NCBI GenBank assembly: GCA_977030845.1 | Contig: OZ365109.1 | Location: 58,528,001 to 58,592,000, forward strand | DNA from: Fimbriosthenelais zetlandica | Lineage: Eukaryota | Length of the DNA: 64,000 nt | Direction of reading: 5' to 3' | Shown: piece by piece, positions 12,238-24,085 of the stretch | How positions within the stretch are numbered: position 1 is the first letter of the stretch | Layout of the letters: each line of letters opens with the position of its first letter | Notes under the pieces: model-generated | Databases searched by the model: none | Seen by the model: the letters and a program-made list of their open reading frames with translations, nothing else | Told to the model about the DNA's origin: nothing | Program-made: the position numbers and the translations under genes

Positions 12238-14622
12238 CTACCCATGATTCCTCTTGGGGTCAGGTCAGGGGGGCTCAATATTTGCCTATGCTGAGTATGA
12301 ATTGTAAATGAAATAAACCCTCGTCCCTATTTCTTGGTTCATTGGCGATATCCAAATAGTTTCTCGTTATAGTAGGTTAACTCTCTAAGGGGTCAACGAA
12401 GCCTCAGAAATTAGATTTGTTCCTTTTATGGCTTCACGAGTTCTTAATACACTGGGGGATACTCTGTTTATAGTCAGATTCAAAGCTGTGGATGGATGTC
12501 CAGCAATGAAGTTTAATATTCTGATCTCAACAGGTAGAAAATGCATATAACACAAATGTATGCTCAAAATACTTACAAACTAAAATGTTTTGAACTTGAT
12601 ATTAGAATGGATTGAAGGCCAATGAAAAGCATGCATGACCAGTTTCCCATTCAAAAAAATAATAGTATTTGTTAATTTAATGAACATTGAATAACAGAGT
12701 ATGAATAACATGAAGAACCAAGTCCAACATGACATTTTCTAAAACTGACAGGAGGCATTAAAAGTGTTGAAATCGGAGGTGTTGAGTTGCAATCATATTA
12801 AAACCAATCAGTAATAAGAAAGATGATAATTCCGATAAGTGTAAAGGGTTGGCAATGGAGATGGGGTATTTATGGTGTGTCTTTTATTAGAGTCCATCAT
12901 GGGAAACATGGCATCATAACTCAGTGACAGAGGGAGTAAGCCGAGGCCAGGCCATCACTGCCTGTCAGCCTCCCTTTGTGGGGGCATAACCAATGAGTAG
13001 GCTTTCTAATTGTAAGATTCATCATGGCTTAATGGAACATGTCACTCAACAGCGGCAGAAAAGGCAGCAGAGGGGAAATGAACAAAAATCCTATCACATT
13101 TTCACATTTTTGACTGGGTTTTGAGTTACAAATTTGTCCAACGTGTATTTTTAGTGACGAGATTAAATGGCTGAAGTATGTGGAGGGTTGAATGATGTGG
13201 ATATCAGCCTGTCCTCAAGAATTTTTGCTGCCATCTCGAGAGATCGGTTTGACTTGAGAACTTGTAATGGAAGTCAGTTTTTGTACTGTCCAAAATGATT
13301 ACAGAATTGATATTTTACTGAAGTTTAATTGCTAAGCTCACTGGAGATTAGTCCGTATAAAAATATCGGTATTCAGATGTAAAATGTTCTTCATTATTAC
13401 TTTTGATTGCATGGATATCATTATATTAATTACTCAATAACTATGTGAGTTCCTTTGGTACTTTTGTTGTTACTGCACTTTTCCGCAACCCTGTTTTTTG
13501 GATGTGACACACCATTCAAATTAATTCAATAAAATTACAGCCCAATCAAAGAAAAAAAGACTAGGCAAAAAAGAGGGAGCAGATACATTTTACCCTTTGA
13601 CCAGCGATCTTTTAAAAGCTTCCTAATTGCTAGATGTTTCGAGGGAAATAACCCTCATTGAAAAGTCATTTCAGTAGAAGGAAAAGATTACAAAGCAGAT
13701 TTGGTGATTAACAGGGTCCTTTGAATGGAAAAAACGAGGAGACAAAACAATGAAGAACACTCAGTAAGCAGTCATTTCTTCCATGGCCCTGTCATCATGT
13801 GAAATAGCATGTGCTGCCCATTATCTCAGACCTTTATTGTGAGGAAGCAATCATGTCACTATTGTCATTGTTATCGCTTTGACAACCCATCCCATGATTA
13901 GTGACATTATCGGCATGCTTCATCCTCATATAAAACGGCCCGGAGTTGCCCATTTCTCTACGTTCAAACATACAGCCTAAAAGCAATGGATGTTATTGAT
14001 ATTATTGTGCACAGATAAACCAGTGGATGAGGTATCCATGTCGCAGCCATTGATGAAGCTCCATCAACGTTTGTCCTTCCCTCATATAGATTTATCTGCT
14101 GATATGCTGGATCCATTTACATCCCTAAACCCTTTTATGGCAGGTTTAGAGCATGGAATATGTGCCATAATCGCTCTCACAAGCCCTTATAATTGTCAAA
14201 TGGTGATTATGACTTCCTTCCCATAACCTGTATTGCCAGCATCAAATAACCATTTCCCTACTACTATCCCCTCTACAAACACGTACTGTGAAAGGCGAAG
14301 GTGGTGGATTTTATAAAGAGTTGACTTAGCGACATTAATTACTCTGGCTTGACCACCATTATTCTAGGTTATGGTTTGTATTATCAGCTCTTTACTGATA
14401 TTCAATTACCACCCACCGTTTCCTATCTCCAGTGATGGCGTCTCAAAAGAGGGAACCATTTCCCCACGATTCAAGCTCTGAATGGCACAGGAAGGCGTAG
14501 GTGTCCTTTTAATTTTCATCTGCTACTTTTGCTTCTAAAGATAAAGCGACAGACAAAGGGTGATTAGGCCCCGATGTGCATCACAATACGCTACTTGGTA
14601 TTCATACCCCTGGCGTATTCAA

Positions 14623-14687
14623 CGCGCATGCGCGACACTGGTCACTTCCGTTTATCGGCAGCAAACGTTTTGCTGACCGCTGATTGG
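14623..14687. promoter_or_regulatory. Promoter-like CpG islet: NRF1, ETS and NF-Y motifs
   Basis: Perfect 12-bp palindrome CGCGCATGCGCG 14623-14634; CACTTCCG 14643-14650; CTGATTGG 14680-14687. Confidence 0.5.
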
Positions 14688-15891
14688 ATGATTTTTGCAC
14701 CTTCTCGCAGAAGGCGGCAGAATGGATTGACTTCGGGGTATTAATCACATCTGACGTTGAGCTTAATGAATTTTAATTCCCATGATCAGGCCCGGAGGTC
14801 AGGTGCAGCGAGAAGAAAACACTGACGCAAATAGAACTAATTGATATATGGCACTTAATGGAACACTTGGGCATAGAAACATTTTGTAGGCTGTTAAATG
14901 GTCTTTTGGGTACAGTAAACCCACTTGCACAAACCCTTTAAGTGCTTAATTAATTGGAGCTACAAAAGCTTAGTTTTCAAAGTAACAATACTATGCTGTG
15001 AATTTTGTGAACCAATATGGTATGGTTTTTGTTTTTGTTGTTGTTCATGATTATCTCCAGATTCATGTTAGGCCGAACCTCGCAATTGTGGACGAACACT
15101 TTCACACACGAGGAAATTTATTCCTTTTTCTCGCATGAAATCCAAAGAAAAATCAACATATAACTTATTTCCACAATGCAACTCCACTAATCGAATTTCC
15201 TATACACTTACATCAGCCCAACTTTTATGTGTCATTTTGGTTGATGAAAATTGCTATGGTGCGTCATAAGGGTGATGGAATTAAAATGCTTTATCAGTTC
15301 TTTCTCACCCTGACGCTTCCCCCGTGTCCACTTATTGTCATTTTTGTCTTGCCTCATTCCCTGGCTCAAGTTAATAGTTATATGGAGGGCTGAGATAATT
15401 GATAAATCATGTTCTATCTTGTCTCCGTCGCCACCTTTTCATCCCTGACCTTTGTTATGCCATAAGTCAGGCGGACAGTGACACTCGTGGCTTTCTCAGA
15501 CACTAGACAGCAGATTAATGTCATTAATCCGTTTCACTATTGTTTAGAAAACAGAAAACCCACTGAAAGGAAAACCAAGTTCATGGCACATCAGCACAGA
15601 AGCAAAATTTACAGTACAATGACTCCTTTACGATTACATAATTAAATGGGGAATTTGGAATTTGCATACTTCAAAAGTTATAATACAGAAAACTTCGTCC
15701 AACTATGTTGGGGTTTGTTGTAGGTATACTGCAGGATAGTAAAATAACGATCATTATAATAGGACTTTAAAAGAAAACTCGACGTACTTCTGACTTAAAC
15801 TCAATAAGTCTGAATTGTGAGATGAAACTAACCACTTTTGGCATGAATGTCAACTGTGAAACGTTCGGTTTGGCTTTTGCTGGATTAAAGG

Positions 15892-16050
15892 TAATTAGTG
15901 CAGTGGAGCAGTTAATCCCTGTGGCCATCTGAGCAGCCATGTGCGTCGACCTTTAATCCCATTCTCGCCCTCTCTACACATATGCATAATTATCACGCTT
16001 AATTGAATGCACAAATTAAGGAAAACTTGTCGGGGATAGTGTCCTAATTT
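15892..16050. promoter_or_regulatory. Homeodomain-site-rich candidate enhancer
   Basis: TAATTA 15892 and 15987; TAATCC 15913 and 15954; ATGCATAAT 15982; TTAATTG 15999; AATTAA 16014. A paired-type P3 site TAATGTCATTA lies nearby at 15516-15526. Confidence 0.3.
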
Positions 16051-17388
16051 ATAACTAGCCAGGCGGAGGAACAAAGCTTGTGGGTGGCATAAAATAGACT
16101 TTGTTATACAAGACAACGCTTATGATGGACTTGGAACAGATTTCTGTGAGAGGGAGGATCATATTTACCCTCAGTATACGCCCCCATCTACTTGAAAATC
16201 TAATTGTACATAACGTATGGGTACAGATATTCCATGATCCACTTTAGATAAAAATGTAAAATTATATCTAAATGGCAATTTTCGAAACAAAATTTCGCCC
16301 ATTTTGTAAGTGGATATGAGGACATGCACTGTAAAGAATTTCTCGTGAATTGCCAAGGTGGAACCTGCCCAAAATTCAAATTAACAACTCGGACTTCAGA
16401 ATAATTACTGCTCTTAATATCTAGACGTTCTTGGCCAAGGGAATGGAGATCAATGTATTTACTCAGTCCGAAAAAACACATCCAGATTGTTTTAAGATAT
16501 AGACATGCAGGGTTACCAGGTTTCTTCTGGGAAATTATATAGCGGCCTACCAATTTCTCTGTATTGATAGCGTATTTAAATAGCTTGACCATATGGCGAA
16601 CCACTATCTCCACTAAGATGAGCGGAATCTGCCTCAAACATTTTTTCTCTTTCGATATCTCTCCAAATATCGGCTCAGTACATGACAATCATATATCCGA
16701 TGGGTTACTCCTTCAGCTGAAGTTGACAGTTGAAATATGGCCCCACCAAAGTGGTGAAAACAAAGATGTAAATTACAAGGTATTGATTACATTTTATAGC
16801 CTGACTTTAAGGGATCGACAGAGATTATGGTGAAGCTAATGGATACCGATCACGGGAAACCTGATACTTTGACATTTTGATATAAAGTCGTGCTATTAAA
16901 TACAGTGCTGGAGGTCTACCTTCAGCAGGAACAGTTTCGTTTCCCCCCATGAAACTAACCTGAGGAAATGTCTAGTTTCATCATTGCATTGTCACATTGC
17001 ATTGCCCATGTGCAATTTTATTATTATTAAAATAGAGAATTTTAAACAATTATAGTGCTCTCTGGACCCCTACCAAAGGGGAGGAATCTATAAACCAGTT
17101 TTGAGCAATTCTGGGGACAAGCACCTGCAGACCTATACAAGACTAAAACTTCATAAAAATTTATGGAGTGCAATTCAATTTAAAGTCAAATAAGATAATC
17201 GTTTTGTGTTGTCTGTTGAGGCTTTTTGAGACAGAATGAGTGAGGACGTGGGATGAGCAGCCTTCCTGCCCTATCTCTGCCACATCTCCTGGGATAGCCT
17301 CCTGTCTGTAAAGGATCCCATATCATTATCTTTTAATTCTGGGGGATCTGTGAATGGCCGGAATGTGATCACTCCTTTCTTGGCGCCC

Positions 17389-17417
17389 CTGTCAATCACA
17401 CATCTGCTGTGTGACAG
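17389..17417 (-). promoter_or_regulatory. Pbx-Meis/Prep decamer plus Meis site
   Basis: CTGTCAATCA 17389-17398 is the perfect reverse complement of TGATTGACAG; TGACAG at 17412-17417. Confidence 0.35.
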
Positions 17418-17837
17418 GAGAGAATCGCTCACTCCAAACACAAAATTCCTTGTCCTAAATCTTGGTAACCGATTTCTTTAGGTCACTGGGGCAATGAAAT
17501 GAGTTTTTTGTTCAATGTGGAGGTCTCCGTACAATAATTATTTGTGATAATTCTTGGATGCAATTCGATGACGTGGATGAAATAGCATTCCATTGCTCGA
17601 GGCAATACACATGTATCTTCACACTTGAAAAGTTCACAGCTATAAAAAGTCCAAAATAACATGCATTGCTTCAACAACCACACAGGGATATTTAGCCCTG
17701 GCTAACTCTCATGATGACAATTAGAGCACATTGAGATGGGGTCAGACTATGACCACTGAGGGTCCAGCAGGCCATTCAGCTTTATCACTGACCGTTGGGT
17801 AGTGACCTTTGCTCTCCTGTGGCTGGACTCTTTTATG

Positions 17838-17894
17838 TCGCGCCACCTAGCGCAGCTCTGGACGGACGCGCGGAAGGATCTTCCATCACGTGAC
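17838..17894 (-). promoter_or_regulatory. CTCF-like site plus E-box
   Basis: The minus strand reads GCGCTAGGTGGCGC (13/14 to CCRSYAGRKGGCRS); TCACGTGAC at 17886-17894. Confidence 0.4.
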
Positions 17895-18840
17895 GATCAG
17901 TCCGGAACTATTTATGCTTTTGGGTTCAGTGCCTTTGGAAAAAACCTATAACAGGGACATTGCCTGGGCAATCTATTTTCTTTTCCTCATTACATTGAGT
18001 ATATTAATTAAGACAATTTTACTAAAAGGCGTTTATAACATTATGTAAACGGATGTTGAAATAAAATTAATGGATATGTCATAGATCTATCTATACATGG
18101 CCATCCATTAAAATCCTATAATATTAAATCACTTATGAGAATCATTGGTAGCATTGGTGCAGAAAATAGACGCAGATTATATTTACGAGTGATCAATTTA
18201 GCTTCATCCATGTAAGTCTTCATTTGGATTTTGCTATCTTAAAGTCTGCTTCTATCGTAGATCCGGCCTTGAAAAACAGGGCAGACAATACTTCTTTGTG
18301 AGTCATAGCTCCGACTGGGAAGAATTTCTAGGGATTTCACTTTCAAAGGCCCGCGACTGTCAAAAGAATCTTTCTTTCGCATGGAACAAGGTGCAGCTTT
18401 TCAGAACGGTAACTCATCATTGACAAAAATCAGAGCCTAATGGGGGCCAGGCTGACATGGAGTGCCTCTTCAGTAATCTCAAGACAAAAGTTGTGTTGTA
18501 AGACACATTGTTAGTTGAGTTGAACATGGGAGTCAGCCAGATTAACATTGACTCACCATATGGCTCCCTTCCTTAGGCTTTAAACATGAACTTTTTTCAA
18601 TGGGAAACAATGTGGATTATGTGGAACCTGACACCACTAGCTCCGGCTTTGTTACATTTACAGGGATTATCAGCCTTCTAGCTCGAGGCTAGGGCAGGAC
18701 CACTGTTTGTTTTATTCATGACTATGACAAAGAACTCATCCCTTCACCTCCACGGGGCAAGTTTTTAAAAAGAACCTCCCCTCTGCCCGTTTCTGTGACA
18801 GCTCAAATGAAATGATCACCGATTATCGTTCATTGAACGG

Positions 18841-18881
18841 CCAATCAGCACCTGTGCGCATGCTCCCGATCCGCGCATGCA
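18841..18881. promoter_or_regulatory. CCAAT, E-box and two NRF1-like sites
   Basis: CCAATCAG 18841; CACCTG 18849; TGCGCATGC 18855-18863; GCGCATGCA 18873-18881. Confidence 0.35.
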
Positions 18882-19703
18882 CATGATTCTCTCTCACTCT
18901 TTTCGCCTGTCGGGTTGCCAATCTACCCTGCTGTGAGATGTGAAAACGGCGAGATAATTCACATAATGGTGAAAATTGAATCAGAATTGTTTCACTATTG
19001 TTGCGGTTTTGATGTAGACGGGGGGTGGGGGTGCATCAGGCTGCCAAGATCTGGGGTCTTCCCACGGAGGTTATTGTCTAATCGCTGACAGGTAGGAACT
19101 GGGGGGCTGGAACCTCCTGTCAAGAGACAAAAACTCCAGTGTCCTGCTCCCGGGCGTCTGACTGGAGATAATTGGCATCGTTTGGTATGGGGGTGGGGCC
19201 AGGGGTTACAACTGGTCAGTCAAACCTAAAAGGGTAAAATGACCGCACGGGATGTGGGCATGGGCAGAGGTTGATCAGACATGTTCAAATGCTCTTTTCT
19301 CTCTGCTGTCTGCTCAATCAGGATTTGTTCTGGAAAGTTGACCTAGAAGCAAAGCCTATGCTTTGGAAAAAGGCACTATAGATAGCCAACATTGTTAACA
19401 GATTTGTGATTTCATAACAGCTAGCCAAATAATAACTTGAAAGGCATGAATTAAAATCCACGATGTCCAACACATTGGATCAACCTTTTTTAGTAGAGAT
19501 TATATATTCCAGATGTATACTTCAGGAAATAATGGCAAGTTCAGATTATGAACAGATGAAGCAAGAACAATAAGGAGCATTTTGGTTTTTTCCTGATCTA
19601 AGGAAAGGCGGACAGGTCAAAAGACTGACCACGACTGCTATTGGGGGGTCGATCATAATTGTTAATTCAGTAACTGTCAGAGAATCACTTAGGTCTGCTT
19701 CCA

Positions 19704-19945
19704 TGACGTGGCCACCAGACGGAATGGCGCCAGAGACTTGTAGTCATGACAACAGCCAATCACCACGCCCGACAGATGGAGCTCCAATGTAACCCGAGCT
19801 CTGATTCGCTGAGGATGAGAGGTCATGTGACCCAGGGAGCACAGAGGCTTGACCGCTTCTGTGAGTCGTCCATTTCCGGTTACTTTTCTAATGGGTCACG
19901 GCTAAAATGGCTGCTGCTATGGGTCTTGAATTTCGAGATTCAAGA
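19704..19945 (+). promoter_or_regulatory. Promoter-like module (UPRE/CRE-like, X-box, CCAAT, M-box/CLEAR-like, ETS, YY1)
   Basis: TGACGTGG 19704-19711; GTAGTCATGACAAC 19740-19753; AGCCAATCA 19754-19762; GGTCATGTGACC 19821-19832; TTTCCGGT 19873-19880; AAAATGGCTGC 19904-19914; near-perfect 22-bp palindrome 19924-19945. Confidence 0.45.
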
Positions 19946-20284
19946 ACTGGCACAACACAGAATCCATATTTTATTAATCAGATTAAAATGTCTAAGTGAA
20001 GTGAATATTAAGTAAATTAGTAAATTATCTGCAGTCAGTCTTAAGTTTGATGCAACATTATTGTTACGATAAACAAGATCATTATTATCTGGAATCTAAA
20101 GATCACTTCGATACTAACGTTTTCAATTTGTGATATCCATAGAAAACCAATAATCCGTAATTCTGAAATGTCACAAATGAAGTATCGCTTTTAACTGGAG
20201 ACCAGTGTTTCTAATATTAGCTTTCAAGAACTATGCTCATTGGCTGAGACAGACAGGCCTGAAAACAATGACCATTATTACTCG

Positions 20285-20382
20285 CCAACAGAGGGCGAAA
20301 TAGGTGTATTAGCGGGGTCACGTGATTAGTCACCAACTCTCAGTAAAAGGTCACATGGTCTCACGAGAGTCAGGTCACCTGG
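20285..20382 (+). promoter_or_regulatory. CTCF-like site followed by three GGTCAC-NTG E-boxes
   Basis: CCAACAGAGGGCG 20285-20297 (12/13 to consensus); GGTCACGTGA 20316; GGTCACATGG 20349; GGTCACCTGG 20373. Confidence 0.4.
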
Positions 20383-22369
20383 TGGTGGATGTTAGAAGCT
20401 GGTCTGAGAGAGTTCTATAAGTCATGTCTTACAATAGGTGGTCTCTGTTGTCCGTGTAAAGTACGTGTAAAGGCCAATTACGTTTTCATTAGCCGACCGA
20501 AAGGTCGTTTTATGTTCTTGCAATGTTCTCTCAGGGAAATGCCCGACCGGCGACGTGTAAGGTGATATGTGAGATGGCGAAGGAGAGAAATGGGTATAGG
20601 AAAATATGGAGGTAAGACAATTATACGTTCCAGGGGGATATCAGAGACCCTATATAATATAAGGTCTCTGGGGATATCAATGAGATTGTAGTTTGACAAT
20701 GTATGCCCTGTTAATTGTGGATAAAGGTAGCCATATGAAAAGTGGTATGGCTTCCAAGGTCTCCTCAGTAAATGGGTTTATGATTTTCAGTTAGAAGCTA
20801 CAAGTTCATGTACTTGTAAGTTGTAGCTTTCATGCATGGTAATACGCACTGAATTGAGTTGGTAGACAGTGTTGGGTTTTGCACCGCTATAATAAAACCT
20901 CATGTTCAAATTTGGCCATTTCGTGGCTGAAATTCCGGGTGATCATTAAACATTAACACCCCATGTCATCATCCATCATCGCTAAAAGATGCCCAAATGG
21001 ATGGATCCACTATTTATGACGCCATGCTTTCTAGAAATAGAAAGTCTTTAAAAAGCATGGCAGCCAGAGCCCCTGCTTCAGACAGCAAAAGTGTAACGAG
21101 TAGTCCCCGGGATCGTTTATTTTATCCGAACACTTGATGTGGCAGGGACCATTAAATTTATCAGCTGAATTTTGCCTGGGCCGATGAGGGACGGGATCAG
21201 AAACATTTGTGGCAAGTGAAACCCCCACTGCTTCAATCCTGGTCACATTAAGACAAGATTTATTGTTGGTCTGCACAACAAAAGAGTACCTCTCAGAAGC
21301 AGATGTTATTTTCGAGAAGTTTCCAAACCCCATGCTGGGGAAGTGCAATCAGGGGGCTTACTAATTGCAGTTTTTGATAATTAGCATCAGGTCTTTGTGA
21401 GAAGAGTATGGATGACCAAGCTTTTCAACTATCCCTTCCCAGCCGCAACGTTGTCACTGTGCGGTTTGCCATATCCTCCCAGTGTTCCCTGGCAATGATG
21501 AACAAATATGAAATAAGGACCTTCGGAAAAGGCCTTAATATCCTGTCATAAAACTTTTAGGACACAGACTTCCTCATATAGGGGCTTCCTTAGTTATCCC
21601 AGGGCCCAAGAAGAAACACTTTTTTGTCTTGTTGAATCATAGCTAGGGTGCCCTGAACTCTTGTTCCCCATCCAGTACCCCACAACTCGGCAGGTCCAGC
21701 CTTAATGAGGAGGTACCTTTTGGGAGTGGTAATGGCTAACGTTAATGGAGGCAAGTTAATAATTGATTAGTGAAAAACTCCAAAATGCAGCCTTGGCTAA
21801 TCAAATATGGCTCTGGAAGGGTTGGCATGTTGTTGTGTCATCTTGTCATCGCTTCTTATTTTTGAACCTTCAGTAATGCTTCCTTTATTCTGTCACATAA
21901 TAAAATGAGTTAGATGCACTTCAATGTCTTCTTAACATAATTCCTGATCCAAAAATCTTGAAATGGCAAGGGAAGTACTAAAAGACACATTTCCCTACCA
22001 AAACAGGCCTAGTGGAGATATTTGCGCAAAGAATATTCTGGATTTGTATTCTGTTCATGAAATAATGCCTGGTCAACTGGGCAGTGTTGACAAATAAAAA
22101 CAGGTACATTTTTATACAATGATTTGAATGAATAATAATTATGCATTACTAAAATAATACACATATATAATTATAATATGCAAACAAGCAAGATAAGGAC
22201 ACATTTAAACGTGATGATAGTGTGAAGTAAGGCTCTTTGTTCCTTGCTCGAGGTGTGATGATAATCACATTGATGCACATTGATTGTCAATAGAAGGACT
22301 AAGGATTTCAATAGGAATGTCAGCCAAGACATCCCGACAGAAGCTTACGCAGAGCATGAAAACCAAGGC

Positions 22370-22720
22370 GAGACGAAAGTCGCAGGCTCGGCGCGTGACG
22401 TAGAGCTTGGCCAGCGACCACACCAAGACAATACAATCCCCGCAGGCCCTGACAGTGGGCAGAATGAGTCAGCAATAATTGGTTGGAACAAACCGAGGAG
22501 CTCCTCCCCAATCTTTGCTCCATTTGGCCCGGTCCCCATAAGCTCGCAGGTTCGGGCGATGAATAATTAAATGAGCTAATTATTTTTGAATCAAAGAACT
22601 TGCACACGTTTCCTGTCAATTACGGACGAAATGCAAGGCGCAATTATGGATCATAAAATCGGAGCGAGTTTCGAAATCATCGTTTCTGGGCTGTTGGCAC
22701 CGAGGTGCTCGTGAGAGCGG
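22370..22720. promoter_or_regulatory. CpG-rich islet with AP-1, paired homeodomain and TCF sites
   Basis: TGAGTCA 22465-22471; inverted pair AATAATTA-n7-TAATTATT 22562-22584; ATCAAAG 22590-22596; locally high CpG. Confidence 0.35.
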
Positions 22721-24085
22721 CATACCTGGACAAAGACTTGACTCTCTGAGTCGCAGCCACTCTAGGGGCAAAGAGCTAGGCAGGGCTAGTCTCCTAATAG
22801 AAGTTACTCGCGTCCCATTTAATAAAATGGACTACATTATCTATGACGACCAGTATTATAATTATAATACGACTCGTGTAGTGTAAATTCATACTGAAAC
22901 TGGTCCCAGAAGTCAAGGCACTTTGAGGGATCATTGAAGGTAAAGTGCCTAAAGATGGAACTTTCAACCCACAATTGATTTCTGGAGGATTTCTCGGAAC
23001 AGACATCCCGTCAGTTTCCATTGTGTAACAAATCAGTTAAATCCTTTCCTAATACACCGATGTCTTCCTGACCTCCAGTGCAATTATTAAATCACCGTAG
23101 CTTTTCTTATGAAACATGCCCTTGGTGAGATCGAGGTGGGGTAACACCTAGGTCGGGTCGCACTTACCGAGACACGAAGCTGTCAATTTATCGATGATCA
23201 AAGATCAACAAAAACTCTTACTGACGAGGATGGCAGGCATAATTCATGATCTGGCCTCCAGTCACCACAAGCTACTGCGGGGTTTTTATCTCACCTTGCA
23301 CGCTCACCCACGCATGGGGTACTTCAACCTGAGCCATTAGATTATCATATAATGTCCTTAGATCAATGCAAGGAGTCAATGGTAAGAATTTATTGGGATT
23401 TGATTCAAAAGCATGGACTTCTAACTAACCTTCTCTAACGCAGTTGAATATGTTATCTAAAAATCGACTAATACAGATAAAAATACGATCTGAATTCTTA
23501 AATCAACAATGATTTTAAGTCCATGGTTTGAGACAAAATGCAGTTTTGTTCAAATCATCAAGTTTGTAGGAGCATAAAATTGATTACACGAGAAAGAAAG
23601 TCGTTCAAATTAAATTGCTGACTCACTATAGAGGTGTTTTGGGTTGTAGAACCCAAAAAGATCTCAGACTGTGTGAAGACCCATCTCCAGGGTGGTCTGA
23701 GTATGTAGATAAGGGAGTGTGGCATACTTTGCCATAAAAGGCACCTATTGTGGCTCCAGAGATCCACGTATCACCAATTCATCATTAGCCCTATTGTTGT
23801 CAGAGACCTTCAAAATGGTTGTATCCTCACCGAACCCCTCCAACAAAAAAACTAACATAAGGATTACACTGATACCTGTCACGCATGACTTATTCTCACC
23901 CCTGGAAACTGATAATCTTGGAAATAGTTTTTCCCAAGTTGCCTAGCGCAGCCATGCGTGAAAAGGTGGGAAAGAAGTCATCTTTCAGACTAACCTTTCG
24001 CTATCCTAAGGCCGGTCAGGAGTTCAATGGCCAAGCTATTACAAGCGAGCGGAGTTATTCTTTTCTGGATCCGGTGCCAAGAGGT

